This document shows positions 11,489 through 22,322 of a DNA stretch of 30,107 nt, in pieces; position 1 is the first letter of the stretch; the number at the start of each line of letters is the position of its first letter. Under the pieces are notes generated by a model, which saw only the letters and a list, made by a program, of their open reading frames with translations, was not told the origin of the DNA and did no database searches. Position numbers and translations under genes: made by a program. The stretch is from Vicugna vicugna (lineage: Eukaryota), in assembly GCA_013265495.1 (NCBI GenBank), contig MU057654.1, positions 297,203-327,309 on the forward strand, read 5' to 3'.

Positions 11489-13014
11489 TGGAAAGCAGAG
11501 ACTAGAGGCCTAGCTGACTTGCCTGGGGAAAATCTCAGCAGAGGCTGCTTGTCCCTGATGTGTTTCCTATGCAACACAAACTTCTGGAAAGCTCTGTCTG
11601 GAGGTTAGAGCAGTAGTACCTCCTCCCTTTACTCCCTCCTTCCTTCTTTGCTTCCCAGCATTCCTGCTCCATAATGTTCAAGCTTCAGTTCTGACTTTGG
11701 ACTTCAAGTGGCACTCATTTGTACCTTCTAAATATTTCCCAATTCTCGTGTATCATTAGTACAAGGAAAAAAACAATGAAAGTCATTCAATTTTTCTTTA
11801 AATAGATATAGATAGAAAAAAACTAGAAAAATAAACATTGTTCAGTTGATTGACAGAAGTTTGAAAACCAATGAAAAGCACCTACTTCAGTGTCAAGCAC
11901 ATACCAGGCACTTGACTAAGGGTAGTACACTTCACTATTATCCTGAACTCTTCCCATCCAAAGCAGCCCATTTGTCTATCAGCAAAGCTGACTATGTCAA
12001 GGTAAGCCTTCAAAACATGACAGCAAAAAGGAAAAGAACCACTGTTGTCTAGACTATGTAAAAGAGTCAGTGTCATTTCTATAATTTAGGGTGTTGTCTA
12101 ATAGAGTAGACTTGGGGGAAATCCTTACCCCTTTCCTATGGAGTCAGGGTGACTTTCTGTTCCCTTTAGGAAATACATATGAACTGGATGTCGGTGTTGT
12201 CACTGAAGCCCAGAATATTAGGATACTATAAGGCCACAAAGCACAATCATGGTCTGATGAACAGGACATTGGAATGAGAGTCAGATGATGTAACTAGTGC
12301 TTGAGTCCTTGGGAATGTCACTACTATCTTACTGTTAAAATTATTTCATGTTGAAATTTTTTCCTATAATTCATTTTACTCCCCTCTCTTTACACAGCAT
12401 CTTTTTACAATTAAAAGACATGTTTAGGGTGCTTGAAAGAATAAAATCAGTTACACCACATTACAGAAAGTCAGTTGAGTCTATAAAGCTGTCTACTTGA
12501 CAAGGATTCCCAAGACCCAGGCAATGGCCTGCTTCTCAAGCATTACTTGTCAGCCATGTTAATGACTAGGTACCCATGACAACCACAGGACTCTGACACC
12601 AAATCCACGCTCTTCAACACTAGTTTATGCTGCATCTTAATGTATGTGTCTAGGAAGTCCCCGCCAGCAGGCTCTGGCAGTCAGAACTGCACAAACAGCC
12701 TGGAAGAGGGAAAAAAAAAAGAAACAAGAAACTGCTTTCCCCAAAAGAGAAGGAACACCAAAAGCCCTCAAAGGCCCAAAGAATACAAGGAAAGGAAAAG
12801 GATGACACACCCTCCCTCAGGCCACCCCACCTCCAGGAACACAGATACTGAGTAAATAGGAAGCCAAAGTAGTAAGGAAAGAAATGATATTGACTCTGGA
12901 ATGTTGCAAAAGTCCTTCTTCCACACCATGTGACATACATTTGGCCTTCGCTTTTCTCCCGGTTCCCACTGCCCTTCTCCCTCCTCTAGCCAGCTGACCC
13001 ACTCACAGGGTCTG

Positions 13015-13690
13015 TAGGTTGATGGTACCCACATCTTTATCTCCAGGGCAGACCTCACAGCTGAACTCCAGATCCATATCATCAACTGGTCACTGAGGAG
13101 TTCCACTTAGACAAATCACTGGCCCTAAAACTCAACTTTTCTCAACCTGAGCTTCCTCCTCAAATTTTTCCTCCTCCTCCTCCTCCTTGGGATCTTACTC
13201 TCAATGAAGGGCACCAACAACCCACCCTGCTGCCCAAACCAGACCCCTTCCTCTGCCTCACTCCCACATCCCATCTATCTACTTCTGAAATATCTCCCAT
13301 CAGTCCCCTCCTCCCAGTCGCCACTTCTGCCAACCTTGCCTGGCCATCTCTCTCCTGGATGACCGCAATGGCTCCTAAACTGGTCTACCTGCCTCTGCTA
13401 TGGGACGCAGCCTGAGATCTCCCTCAAATCTGAGTTGCTCCATGTCTCACTTGAACACCTCAGTGGCTGGCTCCCCACTGAATTGGGGGTAAGTTCCAAA
13501 CAACTAAGCTTTCCACAGCCCTACCCCTGCCTATTCTTCCTTCTTCACTGCCTTGGCCATACTAAACTTTTTCATGTTCTCAGAATGCATCATGCTCTCT
13601 CTCACCTCCTAGCTTTGGCATATGTCGCCCTTTCTGCCTGGAGCATGCTCTTTCTTCCCCTTCATCTGGCTGGTCCCCACTCAACTTTAC
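13015..13690 (+). mobile_element. L2 LINE fragment (ORF2 3' region / 3' UTR)
   Basis: cccacatctttatctccagggcagacctc...gaactccagatccatat...ctcaatgaagggcaccaa...tctctcctggatgaccgcaatggctcctaaactggtct...ctttggcatatgtcgccctttctgcctggagcatgctct. Confidence 0.85.
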
Positions 13691-13949
13691 CAGGCATGTT
13701 GGGTCTGTGTGTATTTGGCTGCTATACCTGGGTAGGCAGGCTTTTGATTGTGTCCTACAGTCTACTCTTCACATTCATTGTAATTGGATCTCCTTTCTAC
13801 TGAAAGCTACAAGCTTTCAGATGGAAACCTCATTTCTAAGCCCTTTATTTTGGATGTGTTTACCTCGCTGAAGCTCCTATCTACCAATATAATACCCCTC
13901 CTTTCAGTTCTTAAAAAAATTGGCTATAGGTTCATAATCTATCATCAAA

Positions 13950-14757
13950 TTGGGTGACAGAATGATTTCATAATTTATTGCCACAAGCAGATTTTAGCTA
14001 ATTTTCTCAGTTCAAGCATTCCTTTAATTATCCAGTGTGTTTTCTCATTACCAATCATTACTGATACTCAAGGATATGTTATGATAGAATAACTCATGCC
14101 TGTGTCAATGTTGTCAGCCTGGATGCTGCTTTCTCCAACTGATGTGACTTTTCTTCAAAATCCCGTAGCTGTTCTTTCTGAAATTTTTACTTTTATAATT
14201 TTTGCCCATCACATCTTTGAGTAGCTTTTTGTTTTATTTTTATGTCTGAACTCTCTTCATTTTTGCTTCCCAACATATGCTCAAACAGGAATGTCTCCTG
14301 TTTTAAATATTTTGTAAGTGGCATTATTCGTGAATCTAATTTTCTTTGTATTGGGAATGCCATTGGGCATAAATTAATCTTTTTTCACTTTTAGTTTTTA
14401 ATATTCATAAAGCAAGTTTGACGCTATCTTACCCTGCCTACCATTTAAATTATGCTTCTTATAAATTCTTTTCTTGTCAAAACCCAGTTAATTCATTCTT
14501 TTTCTGAGATTATATCCTCATCTCTTTTAGATTGAGAATATTTGAGTTTCAGAAACTAGTAAAATAATGTTCTCATTAATATAAGGACTCTCTTATCTCT
14601 GATTAAAATATTTTTCTTCAGTGATTGCTCACTTCAAATCTTTAATTTTTATTTGCCCTATATTTTAGATTTGACACTGATTTCTGTACTGCCCTTTTTA
14701 CATGGACTAATTTCTGTTTCTTGCTCCCAAGCAAGGGTAATTCTAGGTAATTCTCTT
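13950..14757 (-). mobile_element. Possible ancient RTE-clade LINE (L4/L5/MamRTE-like) endonuclease relic
   Basis: The A-rich minus strand gives broken motifs in the expected order: IYAQ (cf. VYAP), GSKNEES (cf. GxRNERG), KKSHISWRKQHPG (cf. KKxxxxWTWxSP). Weak, by-eye match. Confidence 0.35.
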
Positions 14758-14765
14758 ATTTAGAA

Positions 14766-14984
14766 CCACTGGTTTTCCAAGAGGCGTGCACATGTCCTAA
14801 TAGATATATAAGATGCTTTTTTTAAAATCTTGCATTTTCAAATGATTATGCTTTCTGATTTATAATGTACATATTAGTACAAATTATATGTTTATTATTT
14901 ATGAATATGTAAATATAATACATTGATGTGCATGCTTTTTTTTTGCCAACAATGGCCCATAATGAAAAACCATTGGAAACACTG
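14766..14984. mobile_element. Non-autonomous hAT-Charlie-type DNA transposon (MITE, 219 bp)
   Basis: Imperfect terminal inverted repeats (c)cactggttttccaa ... ttggaaacactg. The 8-bp flanks atttagaa (14758-14765) and acttagaa (14985-14992) match at 7 of 8 positions and resemble the Charlie NTCTAGAN target. Confidence 0.7.
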
Positions 14985-15669
14985 ACTTAGAATATTAACC
15001 AGTAGACTTAACATATTCTAAGATACAGCAATTCAGAGTTTTCTCAAACACTAAGTTCAAGAAGACATTGAAGTTTCTCTGAGTAAAAGGTATAATACAT
15101 TCACTCAATATTCCAGTCCACCTTTTGTAAATTCTGGAATTGTCATAGCCCAAAGCATACCATATCATATCTTGCATGATTGACTGTATACATAATTAAT
15201 TCAACAGCACATGATTAGTAAGACAACACTACATTATTAATTAAATTCATAATATAACTGTTTCATTAACTCCATGGGCCTAATATTAAAACTTGCAATT
15301 AAAATTTTTCATTACCTGTAACAAATAATTATTCTAATTTACAGGCTAATAAGACCTTCAGCATATGAAAAAATATTTAATAAAGAGCTTATTCTGAAAA
15401 ATCAAACTAACAGATGCTATGTGTACTCAAGTTAATGATTGTCAGACATGCTCAAATAGAATGCCTTATACTATTGGCCTCCAGCTGTAATAAGAGATTT
15501 ATTCTCAAGTGAATGGGTTTTTATTTATTCACCCTTCAAAAAAAATCTAGCCACTATTAGCACCATTGGTAATTATTTAAATTCCAAGGCCATATTTCTA
15601 ATTTGAGTTCTAATTTCTCTAAACTCTAATTTGAATGGTGTATTTTCAATTACATTGACATTCCAAAAC

Positions 15670-15764
15670 TATTAGATTGAACCATATGAAACCACCATTT
15701 ATATAGGTTGAAATGATAACATCAGACTTGTGAAAATGTCAGTTTTATTCATTCAATCAAAATA
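15670..15764. mobile_element. MADE2-like Mariner MITE
   Basis: The left end tattagattgaaccatatgaaaccaccatttatataggt matches the recalled MADE2 end (TATTAGGTTGAACCATATGAAATTGCCATTTTTGTAGG). The right TIR is decayed (cagttttattcattcaatcaaaata). Confidence 0.7.
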
Positions 15765-16054
15765 TGCACCAATAGCATTCATAGTTTTTCCCACTGAGAA
15801 AATATAAATAGTTCAAATCCTCCAATTACTGCTTCTTGGATGAGGAATATTTTCTTCTTAGAGTTCCAAATGATGAAAAATGTGGTGATCCCCTAGAAAA
15901 AGTTCCAGTGCTTATAGTAAATTTGAAAATTTTTCATGCCCCAATTCAGTTTATTCTCTAAAGGTGGTTTCTGATGTGTGCAGTCAAGAGCTGTTATGCA
16001 AAAGTATGGATCCTTGTCTATTAATCACTGTGGGAAATTTTGGATCCTTTTAAA

Positions 16055-17520
16055 AACTAATAAGATTTATTGAGTTATAATTTACAGACCATGAAATTAA
16101 CTATCTTTAAATGTAAGTTTGAAAAGCTTTGAACTTATATCCAGTCATGTAAAAACCACCACAATTATAATATAAAATATTTCCATAATCATCAAAGGAA
16201 CCCATTAGCAGTTACTCCCTATATCTCCCCACTTCCACTCCCCAGCCCTAAGCAAACACCAATCTACTTGTTGTCTCTATGGATTGCCCTATTGTGTATA
16301 CTTCATATAAATGAATCAGACTACTGTATGTATACACTATGTGTATTGTGTATAGCTTCTTTCACTTATTCTAATGTTTTCAAAATTTATCCATGTTTAG
16401 CATGTATCAGAACTTCATTCTTTCTTATGGCCTAGTAATATTCCATTGTGTGAATATATCATATCACATTTATTTATCCATTTGTCAACCGATGAACATT
16501 TGGATTGTTTAAATGTTGGCTGTTCTGAATAAAGCTGCTATGAACAACTGTGTACAGGTTTTAGGGTAGATGTATGTCTTCATTTCTCTTGAACATATAC
16601 CTAGTAGTAGAATTGCTGGGTCATATGATAACTTTATGCTAATGTTTTGAGGAACTGCCAAATTGTTTTCCATAGTGGCTGTGTCATTTCACACTCACAC
16701 TAGCAGTATATAAGGGTTTAAGTTGCTTCATATTCTCTCCAACATTTCATATTGGCAGTGTTTTAAATATAGTCATCTTATAAGGTATTTTTGTGTGTGT
16801 GATTTTATTGTGATTTCACTTTGCATTTTCCAAATGACTAATGATGTTGAACATATTTTTATTTGTTTATTTGCCTTTTATATATTTTTTTAGTGAAATG
16901 TCTGGTTTAAATATTTTGCTTATTTTAACATTGGGCTGTTTGATTTCTTTCTACAGAGTTTTGAGAATTCTTTATGTATTATGATACAAGTATTTTATTA
17001 GATATATGATTTTCAATATTTTCTCCCAGTCTGTGCTTTGTCTTTTCACCTTTAACACTGTGTCTCACAGAGCAATGGTTTTTAATTTTGATAAGACACA
17101 ATTTACCCACTTTTTAATGAATTGTGCTTTTGGCATCATGTCTAAGAATATTTTGTGTAACTCAAAGTCACAAAGATTTTTTTCTATATGTTCTTCTAAA
17201 AATTTTAGTTTATATTTTACATCTAGTTCTATGATACATTTTTGGGTTAATATTTTCATATGGTGTGAAGTGAAGGTAAAGGTTTTTTGTTTGTTTTTTT
17301 TTGTTTGTGTGTGTGTGGCATATAAATAAATATTCAATTGTTCTAGCACCATGTGTTGAAAAGACCATCTTTTCCTCGGTAGAATTACTTCAAAAATTTT
17401 GTGGAAAATCCATTCATTGACTGTAAATTTATATCTCTGGATTATCTATTCTGTTCCATTGCTGTCCATACTTAAACCAATACCACACCATTTTGGTTAT
17501 TGTAGCTGTATAGTTAAATT
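16055..17520 (-). mobile_element. L1MB-type element, 3' UTR plus ORF2 3' part
   Basis: 3' terminus tttattgagttataatttacagaccatgaaatt. ORF 17065-17352 (-) reads LDVKYKLKFLEEHIEKNLCDFELHKIFLDMMPKAQFIKK, which is L1 ORF2-like. Confidence 0.9.
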
Positions 17521-17994
17521 TTTTTTATCAAAGTATAGTCAGTTTACAATGTTGTGTCAACTTATGTTGTACAGTACAATGCTTCAGTCATACATGAATT
17601 TACATATATTCATTTTCATATTCTTTTTCACCATAAGCTACTACAAGATATCAAATATAGTTTCCTGTGTTATACAGTACAAATTTGTTCATCTATTGTA
17701 TATATACCAGTCAGTATCTGCGAATCTTGAACTCCCAATTTATCCCTTCCCATCCCCTTCCCTCCTAATAACTGTAAGTTTGTTTTCTATGTCTGTGAGT
17801 CTGTTTCTGCTTTGTAAATAAATTCATATCTGTCTTTTTTTTTAGATTCCACATATAAGCGATATCATATGGTATTTTTCTTTCTCTTTCTGGCTTACTT
17901 CACTTAGAATGATATTCTCCTGGGCCATCCATGTTGTTGCAAATGCCATTATTTTATTATTTTTGTGGCTGAGTAGAATTCCATTGTATAAATA
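17521..17994 (-). mobile_element. 5'-truncated cetartiodactyl-type L1 3' end inserted in the L1MB
   Basis: Poly-T followed by atcaaagtatagtcagtttacaatgttgtgtcaa...agattccacatataagcgatatcatatggtatttttctttctctttctggcttacttcac. Flanked by a short aaatttt repeat and a TTTT/AAAA site at about 17999-18006. Confidence 0.9.
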
Positions 17995-18399
17995 AAAATT
18001 TTAAAATCAAGTTTAGCTTTGCTTAAAGGAAATAACTTACTTTTTTTCCTTTAGGACTGGGAAGATATGAAATCTATTATTTTTACCCTTAAGCAGCAAA
18101 TTTTAGGCCTAGGAGCAATTTAGCCAGGCATGATAGTACATGCACTAGATCAATTTACTTGTCCATGAAACGAGAATACAGCCCACCTTCTAGTAGACAA
18201 AGTCACTTGTAAATTATTACTCTCTCTTTGTCTCATTAGCCCCATGGTCTCACAAACTATCACGCAACAGCTGCTCAGTACATTATTAAATAAATAAATG
18301 AAATAATGAATGGTTATAGCAATATTTCTCTCCTACTCTTTTTTCACCTATGCCCACTGTACCACTGAGCCTAAAGGTGAAGGATTTTTGTTTCTTTGC

Positions 18400-19200
18400 T
18401 ATTCCTTGCCATTTCCAGACCTAAACTTCTCATCCTTTACTCAATCCAGTTCCTTTGAAGCCTAAGCTATTAAACCAAACCATTTATTTTCCCTTCTTGT
18501 TGCAATCATCTACAATCTTCCTGGTTGTTACTTTTTGTTCACTGAAGACTTTAGCATCTAGTTCACTGTTTTATTTTCTCTTCCCTACTAATCTTGTTAT
18601 TCTTCATGATTTCAACCCCATGTAAACAATCCATCAAACACTTTTTATCTCCACAGATCTCATCCTCCACCACACATCAGCTAACAGTTCCCATTTGTCA
18701 TGATCTTACCTTCACCCAAAATGACGTCATCTCTAAAATATTGATTTCAAGAATCTCACTCTCCAGCCATCACTTCCTATCTTTCCAGGTCATTTGCTCT
18801 AGTATCCCTACCCCAACAGTTCTTCAGTTCCACTGGGATCTCCAATCAATTGGTCCTACCATGTTTAAACCTCCTCCTATTCTTACTTCTCTCCATACCT
18901 AGCTTATAGCTATGGCTGAATGCCATAACCACTCATTTGCATACACCCTTAGTTCCCTTGTCTCTCTTTATCTCCGTTTTACATATCTGGGAAAATCTGA
19001 ACTTTGGTTAAGCCCAACTCTCCTCCTACTCTTTTGCTCCTGACCGGCTAAAATCACTCAACTCTGCTAACTATACCCCCTTAAATTTTGACAAGTGGGC
19101 ATTGACCATTGCCTGGAAATTCTACTACATTTTCCTAGTAAACGCATTTTCCTAATCTCTAAAACACATCATACCATCTCCTTGCTTTTCAAAGCCTCCC
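18400..19200 (+). mobile_element. L2 internal fragment (ORF2 endonuclease region)
   Basis: Pyrimidine-rich with decayed APE-endonuclease motifs: gttgcaatcatctacaatcttcctggt (VAIIYNLPG), gaagactttagc (EDFS), catgatttcaacccc (cf. GDFN), ctctccagccatcacttcctatctttccag (cf. LSDHHLLSFQ). Confidence 0.75.
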
Positions 19201-19429
19201 ACGCCAAGTGCAAAGTCTTTAGCATACATTTGTATGTATTTCCACATCAGATTTTATTATCATTCTTGGGGAGATAATACAACTGACAAGAGAAAAATCT
19301 GCTGCTCCGACAAGTTCCTGCTGTTTCTTTCTGCAATTTCATTGCTGCACTTCTCTTGTGGTTTCTCCTTTATTCTATAAATTCAAGTTCATATCAAAGG
19401 AAGATAAATAATTGAGTTCTGTTCCCAAT

Positions 19430-19812
19430 TATTCAGACTACCATATCTCACCAAAAAAAAGGAAAATGCTGATTAAAATATTTTAAAACTCTTTTAACAT
19501 ATCAAAAGTTGACAAGATTTTAAGAAATTACCAAGCTAAAATATAAGTGAAAATAAAATGAGGGACAGAAGACAAAGCCTAGAACCTGCTTATGGTGAAC
19601 AGTCTAATAATCTAAAAGATAATGCCCCTGATCAAGCTATGGGTGCTTAAAGTTAAGGGTGATCTTCTTTACTTCAGAGAAAGTTTTTATGGCACTGAAA
19701 AAATATTGGGGTTAAAGAGAGACATTCATGAAGATAATAGTTTAATTCATCAGGACTAAATAACAATTTTAAATTTGTTTAAACCTGATAACATAGCCTC
19801 AAAAAATATAAG
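19430..19812 (+). mobile_element. Old L1M fragments (5'-end-like piece, then ORF2 endonuclease piece)
   Basis: aaaatgctgattaaaatattttaaaa... followed by taaagagagacattcatgaagataatagtttaattcatcaggactaaataacaattttaaatttgtttaaacctgataacatagcctcaaaaaatataag. Confidence 0.65.
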
Positions 19813-20432
19813 TAAAAATGGATTAAAGACCTAAATGTAAGACCAGATACTATAAAACTCCTAGAGGAAAACATAGGCAGAACACTCTTTGACAAATTTT
19901 AACAGTATTTTTTGAACCAGCTCCTAGAGCAATAGAAATAAAGGCAAAAATAAACAAATGAGACCTAATTAAACTTAAATGCTTTTGCACAGCAAAGGAA
20001 ACCATAAACAATATGAAAAGACAACCTACAGAAAAAAATATTTGCAAATGACACGACCAACAGGGAACTAATTTTCAAAATATACAAACAGCTCATATAG
20101 CTTAATATCAAAAAGACACACAACCCAATAACAAAGAATGGGCAGAAGGCCTAAACCGACATTTTTCCAAAGAATAAATCCAGATGGCAAACTAGCACAT
20201 GAAAAAAATGCTCAGCATGGCTAATTATTAAAGAAGTGCAAATCAAAACTACAATGAGGTATCACGCACCAGTCAGAATGGCCATCATTAAAAAGTCTAC
20301 AAATAAGAAATTCTGAAGAGGATGTGGAGAAAAAGGAACCCTCATACACTGTTGGTGGGAATGTAAATTGGTGCAGCCACTATGGAGGACAGTATGGAGG
20401 TTCCTTAAAAAATTAAAAACAGAATTACCATA
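19813..20432 (+). mobile_element. Younger L1 ORF2 internal fragment without 3' UTR or tail
   Basis: aaaatggattaaagacctaaatgtaagaccagatactataaaactcctagaggaaaacataggcagaacactctttgac...ggaggttccttaaaaaattaaaaacagaattaccata. Confidence 0.93.
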
Positions 20433-20500
20433 GTAATTGATAGTGCAAATAAACAAAAAAAGAAATCAGTGTGGATATAGACAATTTGAACATCACTTTA
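20433..20500 (+). mobile_element. Old L1M endonuclease-region fragment (continuation)
   Basis: gtaattgatagtgcaaataaacaaaaaaagaaatcagtgtggatatagacaatttgaacatcact (cf. IDR..RQKISKDIEDLNNT). Confidence 0.6.
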
Positions 20501-20709
20501 CTTTGTGGGCTTATTTTTTAACTTATTACCTATTCTGCATAAAATAATTATTCTGAGATTGAGAATAGGGACTTAATATTATTTATATTGATTTATATAT
20601 TAATAGATGTCAACAAAACCACATTTGTCCAGTGACAGACTTCTGGATATTTATTTAGTACTTCACTCTTTCCAAATTGTCAGTTATATGCTTAGGATAA
20701 ATTCCTAGA

Positions 20710-21110
20710 TTCATTCACTAATTCATTCAGTAACATTTATTGAGTGCCTACTATGTTTCAGGCATTGTTGTAGGTGCTGAAGATGCATAGGGAAAAAAAT
20801 AGACAGAAATCTGTTCCCTCATGGAACTTACATTGTAGTGGGGGAAGGCAGGCATTAAGTAGTAAATATAACAATTAAGTGCAGTATAGAATGTGTTAGA
20901 AGATGATAAGAAATATGGAATAAAAATGGAGCTTATTAAAAGGGATTGGAAGGTCAGGAGAAGGATTGCAAATTCAAAATAAAGAAGTAAAGAGGCCTCA
21001 TTGAGAAGGTGACATTTAGGTAAAGATTTGAAGAAGAGGGATTAAGCCATGCAGGTATCGGGGTCAGAAAAGATTTCAGGTAAAAGCAACAGACAGGGTA
21101 AAACCCCAAT
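20710..21110 (-). mobile_element. L2a-like 3' fragment
   Basis: ttcattcagtaacatttattgagtgcctactatgtttcaggcattgttgtaggtgctgaagat...ccctcatggaacttacatt...ggcctcattgagaaggtgacattt. Confidence 0.9.
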
Positions 21111-21126
21111 AGAGCATAGAAGAAAC

Positions 21127-21591
21127 TGTCATTGTTACACCAGGTCTCCTTTCATGACTTTTGCTGTTTCTGTGCATTTGTCCCCCAACTTCTGCACACT
21201 TTGCTTCTAATGGCTGACACCTGTGACTCTTCTGCCTCTGGGCTACTGGAATCACTCCATTTGACTTCAGAAAGTCTGAAATCTTGGGAGTTGACATTCC
21301 TCAAGGTGGCCCTAGAGGCAGTGAATGATCAGTTTGGAGATAGCAAGGCCCAGCTCCCTTGCCTCAAGGCAGGACAAACTGCGGCACAGCTTACACTTTA
21401 CCACTCCCTTCAGGATCAAGCTGAAGCTTCCTTCAACTTTGTCTGAAATCTTACCCTTGCTTGGCTTCTTTCCCTTCCCTATCCTGCTTCACCACTCCTT
21501 TACTGGTTTCCCTTGGGAGCTTTTCCCTAATAAATCACTTGCATCTGAATCCTTATCTCAGATCTGCTTCTAGGAAACATGTGCTGAGACA
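21127..21591 (+). mobile_element. ERVL solo LTR, LTR16-family-like (465 bp)
   Basis: TG...CA termini and AATAAA at 21529-21534. LTR16-type motifs cccagctcccttgcctcaaggcaggacaaact, caggatcaagctgaag and aataaatcacttgcatctgaatccttatctcagatctgcttctaggaaac. No TSD retained. Confidence 0.85.
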
Positions 21592-21809
21592 GGTAGTAAG
21601 TTGTGAAGTTGTATGTGAAAATCAGGCTGTGTGAATTTTAAGTCCGTGATCTTGGCTAATTTGCCTAATTAGCTGCTCTAAATCATACAGAAAACAGGAG
21701 TAATATAAATATACATATTGAGGAAAATTATATAAATATAAAGTGTAAAGAAAAGTTATAACCATAATGTTGCTAAACATGATTTTTTGCATATTTTGAA
21801 TATAAAACT

Positions 21810-22020
21810 TTTAATAAACACTTTACTTTTAAAATTAAAAGTATTTAATTATTCATTACAGAAAAGCTAAAAAATAAAGATAAGTAAAATGGAAAACATA
21901 CTAACATCCATAATCTCATTACCCATAGATAGCCACTAAAACACATTTTAGTGTTTATCCTTCCAGAATTGTTTCTTTTATATAAACATGTGTAGCTGGT
22001 ATGAATCTTACTTCATAAAC
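21810..22020 (-). mobile_element. L1ME-type 3' end fragment
   Basis: attcattacagaaaagctaaaaaataaagataag...catccataatctcattacccatagatagccact...cattttagtgtttatccttccagaat. Confidence 0.6.
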
Positions 22021-22046
22021 TTATGTGTATAAGAAATGCCATATTG

Positions 22047-22202
22047 TGGAAAGGGAAGGGGATAGATTAGGAGTTTGGGATTAACAGATACACGCTACTG
22101 TTTATAAAATAGATATATGTCTATACCTACTGTATAGCACAGGGAACTATATTCAATTTCTTGTAATGAGCTGTAATGGAAAATAATCTGAAAAAATATA
22201 TA

Positions 22203-22243
<41 letters not shown>

Positions 22244-22322
22244 CTGAATTGCTTTGCTATATACCTGAAACTAACATTGTAAATTGACTCCACTTCAATA
22301 GAAAATAAGAATTTAAAAATAT
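22047..22322 (+). mobile_element. Short cetartiodactyl-type L1 3' end containing (TG)17
   Basis: ggggatagattaggagtttgggattaacagatacacgctact...ctactgtatagcacagggaactatattcaa...cacttcaatagaaaa, homologous to 8823-9060. Confidence 0.9.
22207..22240. repeat. Perfect (TG)17 microsatellite
   Basis: Read directly from the sequence. Confidence 0.95.

Noticed and set aside
11242..11608. Overlapping ORFs with Arg/Glu or Leu/Pro runs
   Set aside because: Produced by the GGA tract and the CA/TG microsatellite.
12570..12583. RFX X-box-like gtacccatgacaac next to an HNF1-like gttaatgact
   Set aside because: Both are imperfect matches expected by chance in 30 kb, and cannot be supported without conservation data.
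12640..13803. Several 60-122 aa ORFs on both strands
   Set aside because: Low-complexity A-rich or L2-derived sequence with no recognisable domain.
19240..19400. Minus-strand exon-like stretch IKEKPQEKCSNEIAERNSRNLSEQQ
   Set aside because: Weak acceptor, no good in-frame donor, and an unrecognised peptide.
21076..21573. Three ORFs of 73-104 aa
   Set aside because: They overlap the LTR16-like solo LTR.
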